Shown here in pieces: positions 39,086 through 52,127 of a stretch of DNA of 64,000 nt. Made by a program: the position numbers and the translations under genes. The notes beneath the pieces are model-generated. The model worked only from the letters and a program-made list of their open reading frames with translations, did no database searches and was not told the origin of the DNA. Location: NCBI GenBank assembly GCA_973895155.1, contig OZ316891.1, positions 31,503,112 through 31,567,111 of the forward strand, written 5' to 3'. The first letter of the stretch is position 1. Every line of letters starts with the position of its first letter. The DNA comes from Marsupella aquatica (lineage: Eukaryota > Plantae > Marchantiophyta).

Positions 39086-39949
39086 TCAAGCTTTACAATA
39101 TTGGTATGAGACGTAACTTGGACTAGACCTCGTGGAGCTCAGCAAAATATTGGAGATGACGACGAGTTTTCTCTTGCAATTCCAAGGAATGAGATGCTGC
39201 TAGATTAGAGGAGCTAGATTAGAGGAGCCCAACGTTAGAAACTTTTAACATCTATTAATTTGGATATTCTTGGTTAAAAATCATATCTTAAGATGCTAGT
39301 GTTCTTTGACAAAAGAATTTAAGTCTTCCCTATTAACAAATAAGATAAGTGTATGTTGTGGCATGTTGTGTATATTATGAAGCTGCTATATGGTGAATCT
39401 ACTTTTCCAATTTTGTCTTATTGGGATTTTGTGTCCAGTATTTTGATTTTGGACCCCACTAGAGGTCCCTCCCAAAATTCGAGACTCCACAGCGTGCCAC
39501 GTCATCATGACGCGCTCCAAACAGGTATAAATTGGTTTACAAAATAAAATTATTTCACATTTCGTGTATGTGGCAGGAATTTTGGTAAAATTGAGGACGC
39601 CATGCCATAAACCTTGATGTAAAAATGTTTGAAAAATAATCATTTTATTGTCCTGTTTATTGTCACATTGCAATAGATCTAAACACTCTCATTCATCATC
39701 ACTTGAGAAGTATAACACACGAAATAGAAGAAACAAACACATCATGAATGACATCCATATATGAAACAAAGCATGATATAAGCATATCCTTGCTAAAACT
39801 CATTCATACGAATTGAAGAGAATCACAATATAGCTGAAAGATGATGATCATTCAATTATGATTGCACAGCTTACAATGTCATCAATGTGATTCAAAAAAT
39901 ATATGAAACAATTGAAAGCAAATGAATGATACTATCAATTATCAAACAC

Positions 39950-40330
39950 GGCTGCGCATTGTTTGTCCCTGTTCCACTGGCTTGATTCAACTCTTTGGGA
40001 TAATATTTGGATGAAGAATAGTAACCACATGTACTCTGGTTTGCCCACCACGTTTGACCTTTGTCAGCCCGGGCTGGAGCACAAACATCCACATGATTTC
40101 CCCGACCAACATGCGCGGTGTAGGAAGGTGATGGGTTCTGCCCAAAGGGGCTGGGTGTTGGCTACCACCTGGTGGCTGCACAAGTCCTTTTGGCCTGATT
40201 AGGGTTTCTTCTTTTTTCTTCCCGGTTTGTCGGGTTGCCGCTGGGGGTGGCGTTTGTCCCCCTGGTGGTGTGTGCGGGTTCTGGCCCTTCTCCGGTTAGT
40301 TGAAAAATATATTAAAACAAATTTAAAAAA
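39950..40330 (+). mobile_element. Possible 5'-truncated LINE 3' end
   Basis: LW..IW..N-like ORF2 C-terminal motif, a G/T-rich 3' UTR and an A-rich tail at ~40303-40330. No clear TSD. Confidence 0.35.
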
Positions 40331-40396
40331 TTAATAAATTATTTATTCAGTTCTAAAATCTACAAAGCACTACAAACAAATAATGACATCACATTG

Positions 40397-41370
40397 TTAT
40401 GGATCCTCTATGTACTTGCTTGGCCATAATACCAAAGAACTTGTAGCATCTCCAAGTATCTTCTGAGGAGGATCATCATTTGTGTTTGGAAATTTGGGAA
40501 AGACAACTTTAGGTTTCACTAGTAACGTGATTAATGCTATTGAATAACCTGGTGGGATCCTCTTGCCATGGAACGCTATAGAACCAACTTGCACTCTGCC
40601 AAATCCTACTCATGTTCCACTTTCATCAATAGCTAACAAGCCACTTTGTCCGTTTGCATTAGGTGTCTTCCCTACTTCCACCTTAGATCTTTCTGTCAGC
40701 ACCAATCTTGGAGGTTTGAATGAAACTTTTGACGTGGCTCAAGTCCCAGCAGACTTGCTACATGTGCACATGCTTCCTTTTTTCGTAGTAGTGAAGCTAG
40801 GCTTAGTAGGTTCCTCTATTGGGACTATCACACTAGCAGGTACCTCACCTGGGAGTGCCATACCAACAAGCTCTTTTGTTGGGTTTATCACAGCAAGAGG
40901 CACACCTGTCATTGACAGTGACACATTCTGCAAATCATGTATCTCTACAATGGGATCAAGATCTACATAGCGCACAAACCTTGCTCCACATCACATGAGT
41001 CTAGCTCAATGGTATCATTGTCACAATTGCTGATATCCTCCTTTGCCCCAACATAATTGATATGATCCAATTATCCCTGGGCAATCTCATCCTCAACCAA
41101 ACATGGTTGACTGCCCTCTGTCAAATTAGTTGCATGTACAAACTGCAACTTTGTTGCCTCAAAATTGTAGCAACTCTTTGCCAAGTGATCATACTTTTTC
41201 TCTTTGGCAACTGTCTTACTCTCTATGGGCCACAACATCCACAATATATGTTACTAACAATAACACATTCAAACACTATGTCAATACAAACAACAAATTT
41301 TACAATCATATCCCACAAAGTTATAAGGGCCTTATCTTCAAGCCTAGATGTCGTTGGAATGCCAAATTAA
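40397..41370 (-). mobile_element. CACTA/En-Spm ORF2 (TnpA-like) remnant
   Basis: The C-terminal GRV..FHGKRIPPGY..P..DDPP..LGDA..VLWP motif is typical of CACTA second-ORF proteins. In-frame stops are present. Confidence 0.55.
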
Positions 41371-43429
41371 AGAGTGCATAGACTTTGCTACCTCAAGTGG
41401 TGATTGTGGAACTCCTCCAGAATTGCAATCAATTTTATCTCTCACCGACACAACGGCTTCCATTAGTGGTTCCATAGAAATTTATGTTTAAAAGTAGTTT
41501 TTACTTTTTCCAGGTTTATGCTCCTTTACCATCACCCCTGTTGTTTGGTTGGAATATAGAGGAAGATGGGCAGGGAAACAAAAGATCTCTCCCCTATACC
41601 CTTATTGGCTTTGCAAAAGTATAAAACTGATATCAGTTAGTCAGAGGGGCTATTACAAGGATTAGGATAAGCACATTATTTCAATAATAAAAGCTTTAGG
41701 GAAGAGTTCCTCTATGCCTTTCTTGGTGTTGTGTGATTATGCAGTGTGATGTGTCCCCTCATCTAGATGCTAAGTAATATTCCATATAGAGTGTTAGTTG
41801 CTACCCGGATGATGTACAAACGTGTACACCGAAGGCCTTCAAACCTTTTGGTGGGGATGTCCGGACAAAGATGATGACTATACTTGAATGTATAGAGTAT
41901 AAAGTAGAATAGAATTCAAGAGTATAGAGTACCTTTAGACTAATAAGAGTAACAAGCAAGTATAGTTTGGAACAATGCCAAATTTATCTAAAACTCCTCC
42001 GGACACCATGAAAGAGTGATATGCCTAGATAAGTGTACGTCCGACTAACTCACACAGAAAGTCTACTCAATTGTGTCAAAAGGTTTGTCTAGACAAGATT
42101 ACGCTAGTCTACCTTAACCAATTAAATCAGAAGTAGTCTAGAGAGCTAATTGAGTAGGAAGGATGAATTGGGTGAGAGAAGGAGATCAAGTAGGAAGGAC
42201 AAATTGGGTGAGAGAAGGAGACTAGGGCTTCTATTTGATGGCAATGGGCTTTGGAACCAATCTTCTAGAGGAGGACTCCAAGGCTAGTTCTAAGAGAGAT
42301 TGGCGCAGTACGTACCAATCCTAATCTCACTTTTGGGTTTAGCCAAGTATAATACATGTGAGCCCTCTACCTCTAAACAGTGAGGTCCTAACCTAACTCC
42401 ACTAGCATCTCTGAGTACGTAGACAAATGGCCATCAGGGAGCTCCAATTCTCAGTTTCACAGACATAGAAGTAGGTCGTGTGGAGATAGACGAATAGAAC
42501 TAAGAAACTAGTTGGGAGCAAGGAAGCTAGCTCATACACAGATGGTCACTCCAAAGCTGGAATTCCGAGTTTCAGAAAAGAAAGAAAGATAACCCTCCCA
42601 TGGTAATATGGATAGAAACCAAACTAAGATGAATAATAAGAAGTATAACAAATATAATGGGCATCATAATACTTAACACCTTGATTAGAATCCCTTGGAA
42701 GCCCTACATCTCACAATTTTGAGTACAATTCTTATCTAAATATATGTAATTGTAATCAGTTAACGTATCAAAGTGAATTTGAGCCATGACTATGCTGTCG
42801 ATTTGATCAAGGGCAGCATACTGAGCTTCTCAGTCTTGGTCTACTTGCTCTTGTCTTGCATGAGCCCATCTTCTCCTGCTTATTTCATTCCTAAATGCCA
42901 CTTGTCTCTCCTTTCTCTATCCGGGGGTTTCCCCAGCCATAATACCTTTCTCATTGTACAATTCATACACGTTAGGTCCCCACTTGTCTGAAAGTTCTAA
43001 TTCATCATCAATTTCCCCTTCTTCCAAGGATTGAGTAATAATGTAGGCCTTATTAACGCCTGCAACACTTCCCCATCTTAACATAGGCAGCTCACACTAG
43101 TACATATTAAGCTGATTTCCGATGCTCAATTTTTGCGAACAATCGGCGTCCGATTCTTTTAGCATCGGAAATTCCGATTATCAAAAAATGGCAATATGCC
43201 ATACTCTCGGCTTCGGATATCTTCATTTCCGATATAATTGACAACGGAAACTTTCCGATGCGTTAAAAAATGGATCATATCCGTTAGAAAACACATCGGA
43301 TCCCTCAACAGAAACTTTGATTGATATGGCCGATGTTTTTTGTAACGAAAATAATGTGCGTTACAATATTGATCGGAAACTTTCCGTAGTTAATAATAAC
43401 GGATATTATATCCGATTGTGCTAACATGG

Positions 43430-43582
43430 CAAAGTCCGATGTTAGGAGAATGGGAAAGTCCGATGCTAGAAGAATGGGAAAGTCCGATGCTGGAAGAATG
43501 GGAAAGTCCGATGCTGGGAGTATGGGAAAGTCCGATGCTAGAAGAATGGGAAAGTCCGATGCTGGGAGTATGGGAAAGTCTG
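43430..43582 (+). repeat. 24-bp tandem array (gaatgggaaagtccgatgctag.a), ~6 copies
   Basis: Visible periodicity; translates as WESPMLEE / MGKSDARR repeats. Confidence 0.95.
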
Positions 43583-44428
43583 GTTATGACAAAAAGAAAT
43601 TTTTTGATTGTGTTAGAATGAAAAGTTTTGATGTGTTAGATGGGGTATGTGGTTGCACCGATATACTCTTCCCAAAAGATGCAATCATTCTTGCATGCAT
43701 GAATAACTTCATACTTGAGGCAAATGAACTTGAGTGTTGTTTTTGCCTCATTCCAAGACCCAACATATTGTTCCCTTACGGAAATATGTGCTCTACATGC
43801 CAAGTCCAAAATACATCATCTAGAAGGAGGTTGCTTGTCCCATGTAGTCTTTGTTGCAAGTCCAACAACAACATAGTTGATAAAAGATGAGACAATCAGG
43901 AGCCATTGACGCTGAGGCTTTGGAAGGACCAAAATATCATCCATAACTAATAAGCCATAATTATCCCATATCAAATCTAATGAAGGAGGGCTTTACTATC
44001 GATGAATGACCCCTGCCAGATTTCTATTGGTTTCTCCTAGGGGAATGTAATAGGGTAACTAGAATAGGTCACTTGATGCAAAGATCTAATCTCATGATAG
44101 AGAAAAATGGATCAAGAATGGGTCCAAATTATGGGTCTTAGTAAACTCACAAGTGTATAAAATCCCCAAACACTCTAAGTCAAATAACAAAAGTGCTAAG
44201 CTTGCATGTACAATGTAAGGAATAAGAACCACAAAGTTAAGCTCATGTTGGAGGAATAGCAATTGGGATGGGTGACCAATTAGTTGAGAAAATTTGAAGA
44301 GTTCACATGTCAAGGGAGATGGGCACCTAGCTCATAGTTCCAAATGAAAGTAGAAACCCAATTAAAGGAAGAGATGGGTGACCTGAGCATGTCGCGTCCG
44401 CTGAAATGCATATCCCATTTTGATTGCT

Positions 44429-44610
44429 TCGGACTTTCCCATTCTCCTAGCATCGGACTTTCCCATTCTCTCACCATCGGACTTTCCCATTCTCCTAGCA
44501 TCGGACTTTCCCATTCTCTCACCATCGGACTTTCCCATTCTCCTAGCATCGGACTTTCCCATTCTCCCACCATCGGACTTTCCCATTCTCCCACCATCGG
44601 ACTTTCCGAT
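44429..44610 (-). repeat. 24-bp tandem array, inverted relative to 43430-43582, ~7 copies
   Basis: The catcggactttcccattctc units are the reverse complement of the left array. Confidence 0.95.
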
Positions 44611-45570
44611 AGAAGTCCGATTGTCGATATCCGATACTATTAAAATGGCATGTTGCGATTCTAGTAGTATCGGATATATGGTTTTTCAAATTTTATTTTA
44701 CAAAGGCGTCCGATGTGGAGAGAATCGGAAAAAGGAGGTAAAATGTACTAGTGTCACCTTTCAGAATCCCAGTTGCCACCATCAAATTGTACATCCTAGC
44801 AACTAAAGGTCTTGCTCAACTAAATAATTTCCACAAATCCAGGCCACCATTCTCCATTTCTCCAGTAATTAAGATGCATACATCCGCCTTCTTGCCTAAT
44901 CTTCTCACAACTTTATATAACATTCTTGTGAAGCAGTACCATTTAAAATACCGTGGATCCTTGAGCATGTTGTTGTATGTTTCAGTGTGATGGACACTCC
45001 ACAACCATTTCTCAATCTGCTCCAAGACACTTATCTGTTGATTCATCCCACTAGGTGTCATTAGTATTTGGATACTTGGATGATGCTGTCAGATAGAAAA
45101 GTAAGTGGGAGTAGCGTCATATCTAATGGTTAATTATTCCATCTTGTCCCTATGTCTGATCTCCCTCTGACACTTGGTAATCTGGTGATGGGTCATGATA
45201 TCCCCAAAGCAAGGCGGGACCAAAGTACTTCCCAAGATTATAATTATACATGCCTAGCTCTAACCATCTAATGACTACTTCTATGGGAGTCATCGCTTCC
45301 CAATAACTACTTTTCTCCAAGTATGCCAGAGACACATCTTCTAGGCTAAAGGGGTATATATCATTTCTAAAGGAGCCCCCTTGACAAGCCACCACCGTTA
45401 GGTCACACCTCAATTTGTAAAAGAACCTTATTGCTAACTGACTAAGCTCGGGTGCAATTGGTAGATTAAAACATATCCAATCATGAGATACTACTATGTC
45501 CGAGGTCAAAATTGGGTTGAATGCAATTATAGTAACCCCGTCCTCTCCATCTTCTTGCACTGGGCGGTGT

Positions 45571-46806
45571 CGTAAGGAAATTAGAATATATGAAGAATAA
45601 CTTGGTTTTGTATGAAAATATAAAAGTAGAGATTTTCAGTAAGATTTATATGGTAACAAGTAGATTTTTGGAATTTACCATAGTAAAAAGGTAAATTTTA
45701 GTAACTTCTAGAATCTACCATAGTAAATAGTAATTTCTAGTATTTATCATAGTAAAAAAGTAAATTCTGGTAACTTCTTGAATTTATCATGGTAAAAAAA
45801 TAAGTTCTAGAATTTACCGTGATAAACAAGTAAAATCTGATAAGTTCTAGTAAATTCTAGTATCTTCTAGGATACTCTTGTAAAGGACCAGCGTGGTCTG
45901 GCTCCAACTATAAATAAGAGGGAGGCTTGCCCTCCCAGAGGAGTCTATTTTCCGGTATTTCAAGCGTATCATGAGTATGAGGATAGAGAGTGCATAGAGT
46001 GCATATTGCGTGCATTTACATAGGAGGAATGCTTGAACACCGGTTCTAGGACTAAACGAAATGGCTATGCCATCGGTTTCTATGGTGGAAGGATTCTAAG
46101 TTTCCTGATTCTTGGTCATGGAAGGCATTGCCACCACACGAGTACCTTGAAGATGGAGCTTTGAATGTGGCAAGGTTGGCTATGCCGCCAATACCATAGA
46201 TATAATGTCCACAAACTTGTGATCAAGTAGGGACGACTCTGCCACTGAACCTCTCTTAGTTAATAAGCATATAGGAAGTATGAATGTCAATATTGATTTG
46301 AATGAGAGTCCGTAGATTTTGAATTTGCATTTTACGATGAACATTAAGTTGATAATAAAGAGGAAGGTAGATATTAGACAGGTTCTTACACAAAAGTTTG
46401 GGGAAGAAGGATACATTGTGATTAGCACGTCGTCGGATCCATTAATACTATATAGATGCACAGATGGGGATGTGAGTGTGTTCATAATAGTGTAATAGAT
46501 GAGAGAACATAGTCGAGAGTTGAAAGAAGCACGTAGAGAAGATTATCACTTGGAGGAGAGATTTGTGGAGTATGGGCCTGGCCCCAACTACTTTGGTGTT
46601 ATTGCCAATATCTGGAGTAGATCACACATATCTCTTGGTACCAAAAGTGCTTAGGAGTCCTTGCGGAAAAAGGGTATGCCCTTCACACCTAGCTTATCTG
46701 GAGAAAACCGCAAGAGGCACACTAGAGGAACCCAAGGAACTTGAGAAATGGCCAGGAGGGGACAAGACTCTCAAGGGAATTGGTTACAAGCATGAGGTCT
46801 CTTACA
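45571..46806 (+). mobile_element. Probable solo LTR
   Basis: Imperfect terminal inverted ends (cgtaag...cttaca), ~40-bp imperfect tandem repeats at 45640-45870 and a TATA-like ctataaata at 45908. TSD is only partial. Confidence 0.4.
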
Positions 46807-46899
46807 AGTGATAAATAGCCTAATTAGCACAGGCAGCCAGACACCCAACGTGTTCTTGAGAGCTCACTATTCCCAGGACAGCGGCCTACAAAAATGTAA

Positions 46900-49800
46900 T
46901 ACGTCAGGGAAGTGTATACTTCCCACAATTGATCCGTACCTCCCAAGCAGCCCAGGCATGTCTTCAATATCAAGGGCAAAAACTCATATAGCTTACTATA
47001 AACATCCAGACAATATTTTCTTTGGCTATTCTTTTGGGCTAATCCCTCATGCACCACGTTGGCCATTGCTTTAAGTGCAATAAAAGCCTCATTTTGGGGG
47101 TGCTCCCTTTCTAATTGGACAATATGAATTGAGCTATTCGACTGTTGGCCTGATCTCCTAATCTATAATACAAATCCTCAAGTAGTTATACATTAATATG
47201 TTTCAACCACTCAAAGAAAGACAACATAAATCTAATCCTTGTGGGGACTTCATCCCATATCTGCAAGTTTGATATCCCTTTTATTTACACCTGCACTGGC
47301 CAAAATTATCCAAAGGGTTTCCTGTCCCAAGGCTTCATCAACCTCAATTGAATGGATGCCAACTATCACTCCATTGTCTAGACGTTGTGGTCCAGTTGTT
47401 GATGCTAATTCTTTTTAGGATCTCAACTCGTTGCTTGTTTATTGGGTTTTTCAGGGCTCGATCCAATAACTTGGTCGCTTTCTCTCCTTCATCTCTCAAC
47501 TCCTGCACTCAGAGCTCCCCATCATATATAAGCATGTCATGGTATCCAAACCCCGATCCAAACATCCTTAGAATTACATTGCACCAACTCTCGTTAGGCT
47601 AGTTCACCCAACCACTTTTTTCTCACCTTCTCTCTCTGCTTGACACTTAATTCCAACGTCCATATGTACTTCACCCTCTCTTGGTTTTGCTAAGACTCCG
47701 ACTTTTGTAATGCTCCAAAAGTCAGTGTCACCTGGTGGGTAGTTTCTTTAAGCAACTTCTCTATCGTTGTTACCATCTGGGAGGTAGGACCTGCACATTG
47801 AGAGTGAGTATGACGCACTTTAGCAACTTTGTCTTCTTATTGCAGACACCTCTCATTTTCTTCTTCACATTGGCCTGAAGCCTCCTTGCTCGCTTCTTGG
47901 GCCTTCTTCAACTATGCATTCAACTCCCTACCCTCTTCTTTGAAGGCAGCTACATACCTACTCAATTCTTCTGTCTTTGTGGTAATCCAACTTGTGTATA
48001 GCTCCTCTATTTCCTTCCGGATAGTTGCCACTTCCTCTATCAGCAAAGTGATCCTTGCCTCTTTTCTTGAGACTTCATCTCCTGCTCATGCAACATTTGT
48101 TCTCGTATTTCCTTCTCATTGAGGAGTCCCACCACCTCCTTGTTTTCCATCAGCAAACTATCCAACTTCTCAATCCTCCCTTGGTGCTTAATGTTGGTGT
48201 CAATTGGTGCTTATGAACATATCTTCTTCCTGTTTCTTTGCCTCTTCCTCTTACCCCAGTTTATGCTTCAATTGCACAAATTTGGGTCAATCTACGCACT
48301 TCCTTGGCTTCTCGTAACCACAAACATTTGTTAGTTCCTGCAAGGAGTGGTTGATTAATAAACTTCATCCTCTATTCAAAGGAGGTGAGCTAGGACAGTA
48401 CAATGTTTGATGGCAACTTTGTCAACATTAGTCGATGGTATACATATGTACATTAGTCAGATTGGGCAGTACATGTCATGACTTCTTCTTCCTCTTTGAC
48501 CGGGATTAACACTCTCCTTCTCTTTCTTCTCAAGGACTTAACACATGCATTCCCCTTTACCTCAATATGCGTAATCCTTGTACACCTTCTTCAAAATCTC
48601 CACTTCATCTTCATTGCTTGAGACCAAGGATTCCTTTGGGGTGTAGAGTCTTAGATTCTCTTCTTCCCTATCCTCGCTCTCTAACTCGTTTTTTTCTTCC
48701 TCTTGGGTTTGCCTCATCTTGCTCCTCTAAATCACTCTCCCGGAAGGCAATAATTGTGACCCTCTCAGTAGTCAGGGCGTGCCAGTCCATCACTACACTA
48801 TCTTAATACATATGCACAAACCAAGGGAAACAACAGTAGCCCCTTTCCTGGTTATAGCACTTGCAATGTTGCATTTCCATAGCAGCAATGGGTGAAGAGT
48901 TCCATCTAATAATCTCTTGGCAATTGATAGTTGTTGTAGTGTTACATAGTGGTATCCACTCTTCAGGATTATCCACTTAGTAAAGCACTCGAACACATAC
49001 TTCCGGATCTCTTGGTTTGCCATAACGCCATACTGGACCTTCTTCTCATGTTGGAGCGCTCCTCCTTGTTTTAGGAAGGCACTCATCTCTCTTCCAGTGA
49101 GCGCCTCAATTGGATAGTCAGCTGGTAGGCTGTCGGGGCGGAAATCCCAAACATAGTGGCTAATTCCTTGTTGGGGATGCAATAGGTCTATTCCCTGTAT
49201 GAGATAAACACTGCAGTATCTGCAAAATTGACGTCCCCAATATCTTTGTAAAGCTGACAAGCGCAATCAATTGATACAAACCTATCAATTTGGACCAGCC
49301 CATAGCATCGAGCCTTTCAAATATCTCTCTGTATTCCTTGATGAAAGCCACCTCAAAGATTGAGCTCCTCAATCTTTCTTCTGGAGTTGATCATAATTGT
49401 TTATTTTTGGCTAGAGGGACCTCTACTCGGGTTTGACGGGAGATATCATTGTGAAATCTTTAAAAATGAAGGTAGTTCACTCAATTTGTCAACTTAACAA
49501 CATTTGGATCATCCTTCATTCCTAAAGATTTCAATGGGAAGCTTGCTTTGTGAAAACTCTAACATACGTGCCTCTGGTCTCATAGATTGAAGTGGTTTCA
49601 ACAATGGCAGGGTCAATTGAATAGTGGTGGTCTTAGTGCCTTTCCTTATGGTGCTTGAACCTCTTCCTCTTACCTCTTGGAGCAATTACTTCACTCATTC
49701 CACTTCCTTTTGTATCCAAACGATGATGACTCTTCTTCTCTTGTGATGGCATTCAATTGAATGGGGAGGGTACAACCCTGACACTGGACAACCCTAAATC

Positions 49801-50100
49801 TGCCACCCTTTTGTCTCGTATCTCATGCGGGATCTCATGAAGTTGGGTATGCCCCACACAACTTACAAACCATTAAAGGTTCTTGATGACATATTGGTAA
49901 AGGTTTCCAGCTGTACTTTGTACTAATTATGCCTTATTATCACCCCTTGGAAAAAAAATAGGGGTTTGCACATTGCACACAATCGATGAAAAGGGGATTG
50001 AACTAAAAAAGCAACAAACTATTCGACCAAAGGATCGACTCTCAATTTAGGGGACCTTTTGACACGCCTCTTAATCCAATATAGTCCCCTACTCTATATG
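46900..50100 (-). mobile_element. Degenerate retroelement-associated ORFs (coiled-coil and plant-transposon-like protein)
   Basis: Fragmented minus-strand ORFs (48793-49372, F.RL..MGW) with stops. Family not determinable by eye. Confidence 0.3.
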
Positions 50101-50361
50101 ATGCTATTTGATTCTTACTTTATTGCCCACTTTATTGCTAGCGACAAATTTCAAAGGGGCGCACAATTATCCCTTTATCTATCAAACATTGATATCTCTC
50201 AAGGCACCACACCCACAGTGCTTTCCTGCCCTTAGTGCTTAGTTAGCGCCCTTAATGCTTAGCTATCCTGTCCTACTCCAAATATCATAATTATCCTAAT
50301 TCTTAGATTCTAGCTAATCATTATGAATTTAGCGGCTTCTTACACTGTGCAGAATATGCAA

Positions 50362-51033
50362 GTCATATCACCGTATATTGGACAAGTTTTACAGGGAGGA
50401 TAGTTTTCCCATAGTTTTCCCATAGTTGAGATTTACTCGAGATTCTCTCCAATTGCTCTAGATGGATGAAATACAACTTTCAATAGATCGATGAAATACA
50501 ATTTTCAATACCTGTTAATTGATCCAAGGTCCAATTCAGGAACTGGGATATTTGACAACTGGAATTGGATCAAATAATGGACCAACAAAAGTGTCAAATT
50601 GGCAGACTTCCCCTGGAATAAGAAGAGGAGTGAGAACCAAAGTGACAAGGGATGATTTCAAACACCTACACTTATATTGAGTCTTGACTTGGTTCTAGTG
50701 ATTCTTATTTTCAATGTTATAGACCGATAGAGTTTTTTCCATGCGATGAAAAGTTGATTAGCATCGAAGGATACACTATTGTCAAATCAATACTGTAGGC
50801 AAGGCTCCTGTACGATGAACCTCTTGGATAGAAAAGATAATATGAAGAAGACGACCTCTTCACATAAACACCAAGGACTAGTTTGTGCCTCTATCGTGTT
50901 AGGACAGCCCACAACGCAACCCGGGGAAGAGTGCTAGTCGCCAATCAAGAGCTTGGAAAACCCTGATTGAATGAATGATTTTCTTCATCGTGCAATCAAT
51001 CTAGTCTTGAGACAATTGAAGAGTTGTGAACAG
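50362..51033 (+). repeat. Second copy of the 24127-24756 repeat, interrupted by the MULE
   Basis: Similarity stops abruptly after gtgaacag at 51033. Confidence 0.85.
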
Positions 51034-52127
51034 GAGGGATATGCTCAATAGACCCCCTCCAGGAGAAACTTTACTTGATCAGCCCCCTCCAAACTTTTTT
51101 GCCCCAATCAGCCCCCTCATTATGGCCCGTACCCTTTTCTCCCGTGTAAGGCAGTTTCCCCCGTGTAAAGGCCATACTGCACAGTAGGGAGCCATGCCGC
51201 CACGCAGGGTGGCCTCCCGCAGTCGACCATGAGACTCCGCTGCAGTAGGGCCGCAACTACGCGGTTTTGCGTTCTCGCACTATAGTCCCTTATGAGCGTG
51301 AATACTTCGTGGTTTATGTCTTCAACAAAATTTCTGTTTAGGGCGCACATTGTCGGGGCGCACATTGTCGGGGCGGTTTAGGGTCAAGCGCGCAGTAATC
51401 AGGCAACGGGACCTCGTAATTAGAAGTCAAAATCAGGCATTTACCCATCCACGCCGCCACGATCAACATTAGGGTTATGTTACGCGAATGTGAATACATT
51501 GACATGATTGTATTCTATTTGTAAACTGATCTCTGCATTTTTTAATATCCTTCCATCCCAACTTTTGTCCATGCTCGATAACAAGTACACTCAACTTTCC
51601 ACGAGGCGCACGGCGCACGGCGCACGCACCTACCACCATCGATTGCACAGGAAAACAAGGTACTACTGTGCAGATGTTAGAATGTGTAAACTGAAGGCAC
51701 AAACAATGTCAGGAAACGACATCAGTTCATGGGCTGCAGAGCCCTTTCGCATGTGGCTTAGTAAATGTTTTTGAGCTTTACGTTAAATGGACATGACTAA
51801 CCTCTGCACAGTACTCATATGCACATTGAAGTACACGATGGCAGATGATGTAAGTGACATCAATCTTTGGCGTCGAGGGGATGTCTGTGAGGTGGACATT
51901 CCCGATTCAGACAGGCAATCACCACAAAGAGCAAGGCGGGGAACAACACAAAGACATCTGAAAAATCTGAAATCAATCCTGGATGGGAAGAGTCCCAAAG
52001 AAGGTGAATCTACTGTGCTTCAAGTTAGTATTTGGAGGATTTGTTTGGCTTAAGTATGAAGTTGCTCCCGTGTGAATCATAAGTTTTGCACTGTTGAAGT
52101 GGAGAGCTCCCGTAGACGTTCTTCATT

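Larger units (their letters stand above)
43095..44753. mobile_element. Non-autonomous CACTA element (1659 bp) with foldback subterminal arrays
   Basis: TIR CACTAGTACAT (43095) / ATGTACTAGTG (to 44753); 3-bp TSD TCA (43092-43094 and 44754-44756); many TCCGAT/ATCGGA subterminal motifs. Confidence 0.95.

Noticed and set aside
39450-39470. CACTAG as a terminus for the TnpA-like remnant
   Set aside because: No matching opposite TIR or TSD was found.
42150-42225. 36-bp tandem duplication in LTR-like DNA
   Set aside because: An ordinary short duplication in TE debris; element boundaries could not be defined.
43418-43890. ORFs with WESPMLEE / MGKSDARR peptide repeats (also 44310-44806)
   Set aside because: They are translation artefacts of the 24-bp CACTA subterminal arrays, open in several frames and on both strands.
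43430-44610. CRISPR-like appearance of the 24-bp arrays
   Set aside because: Units are contiguous with no unique spacers, in a eukaryotic transposon context.
51838-52003. Candidate extra first exon of the transposase
   Set aside because: Neither nearby acceptor (52099, 52115) splices it in frame with 52128.
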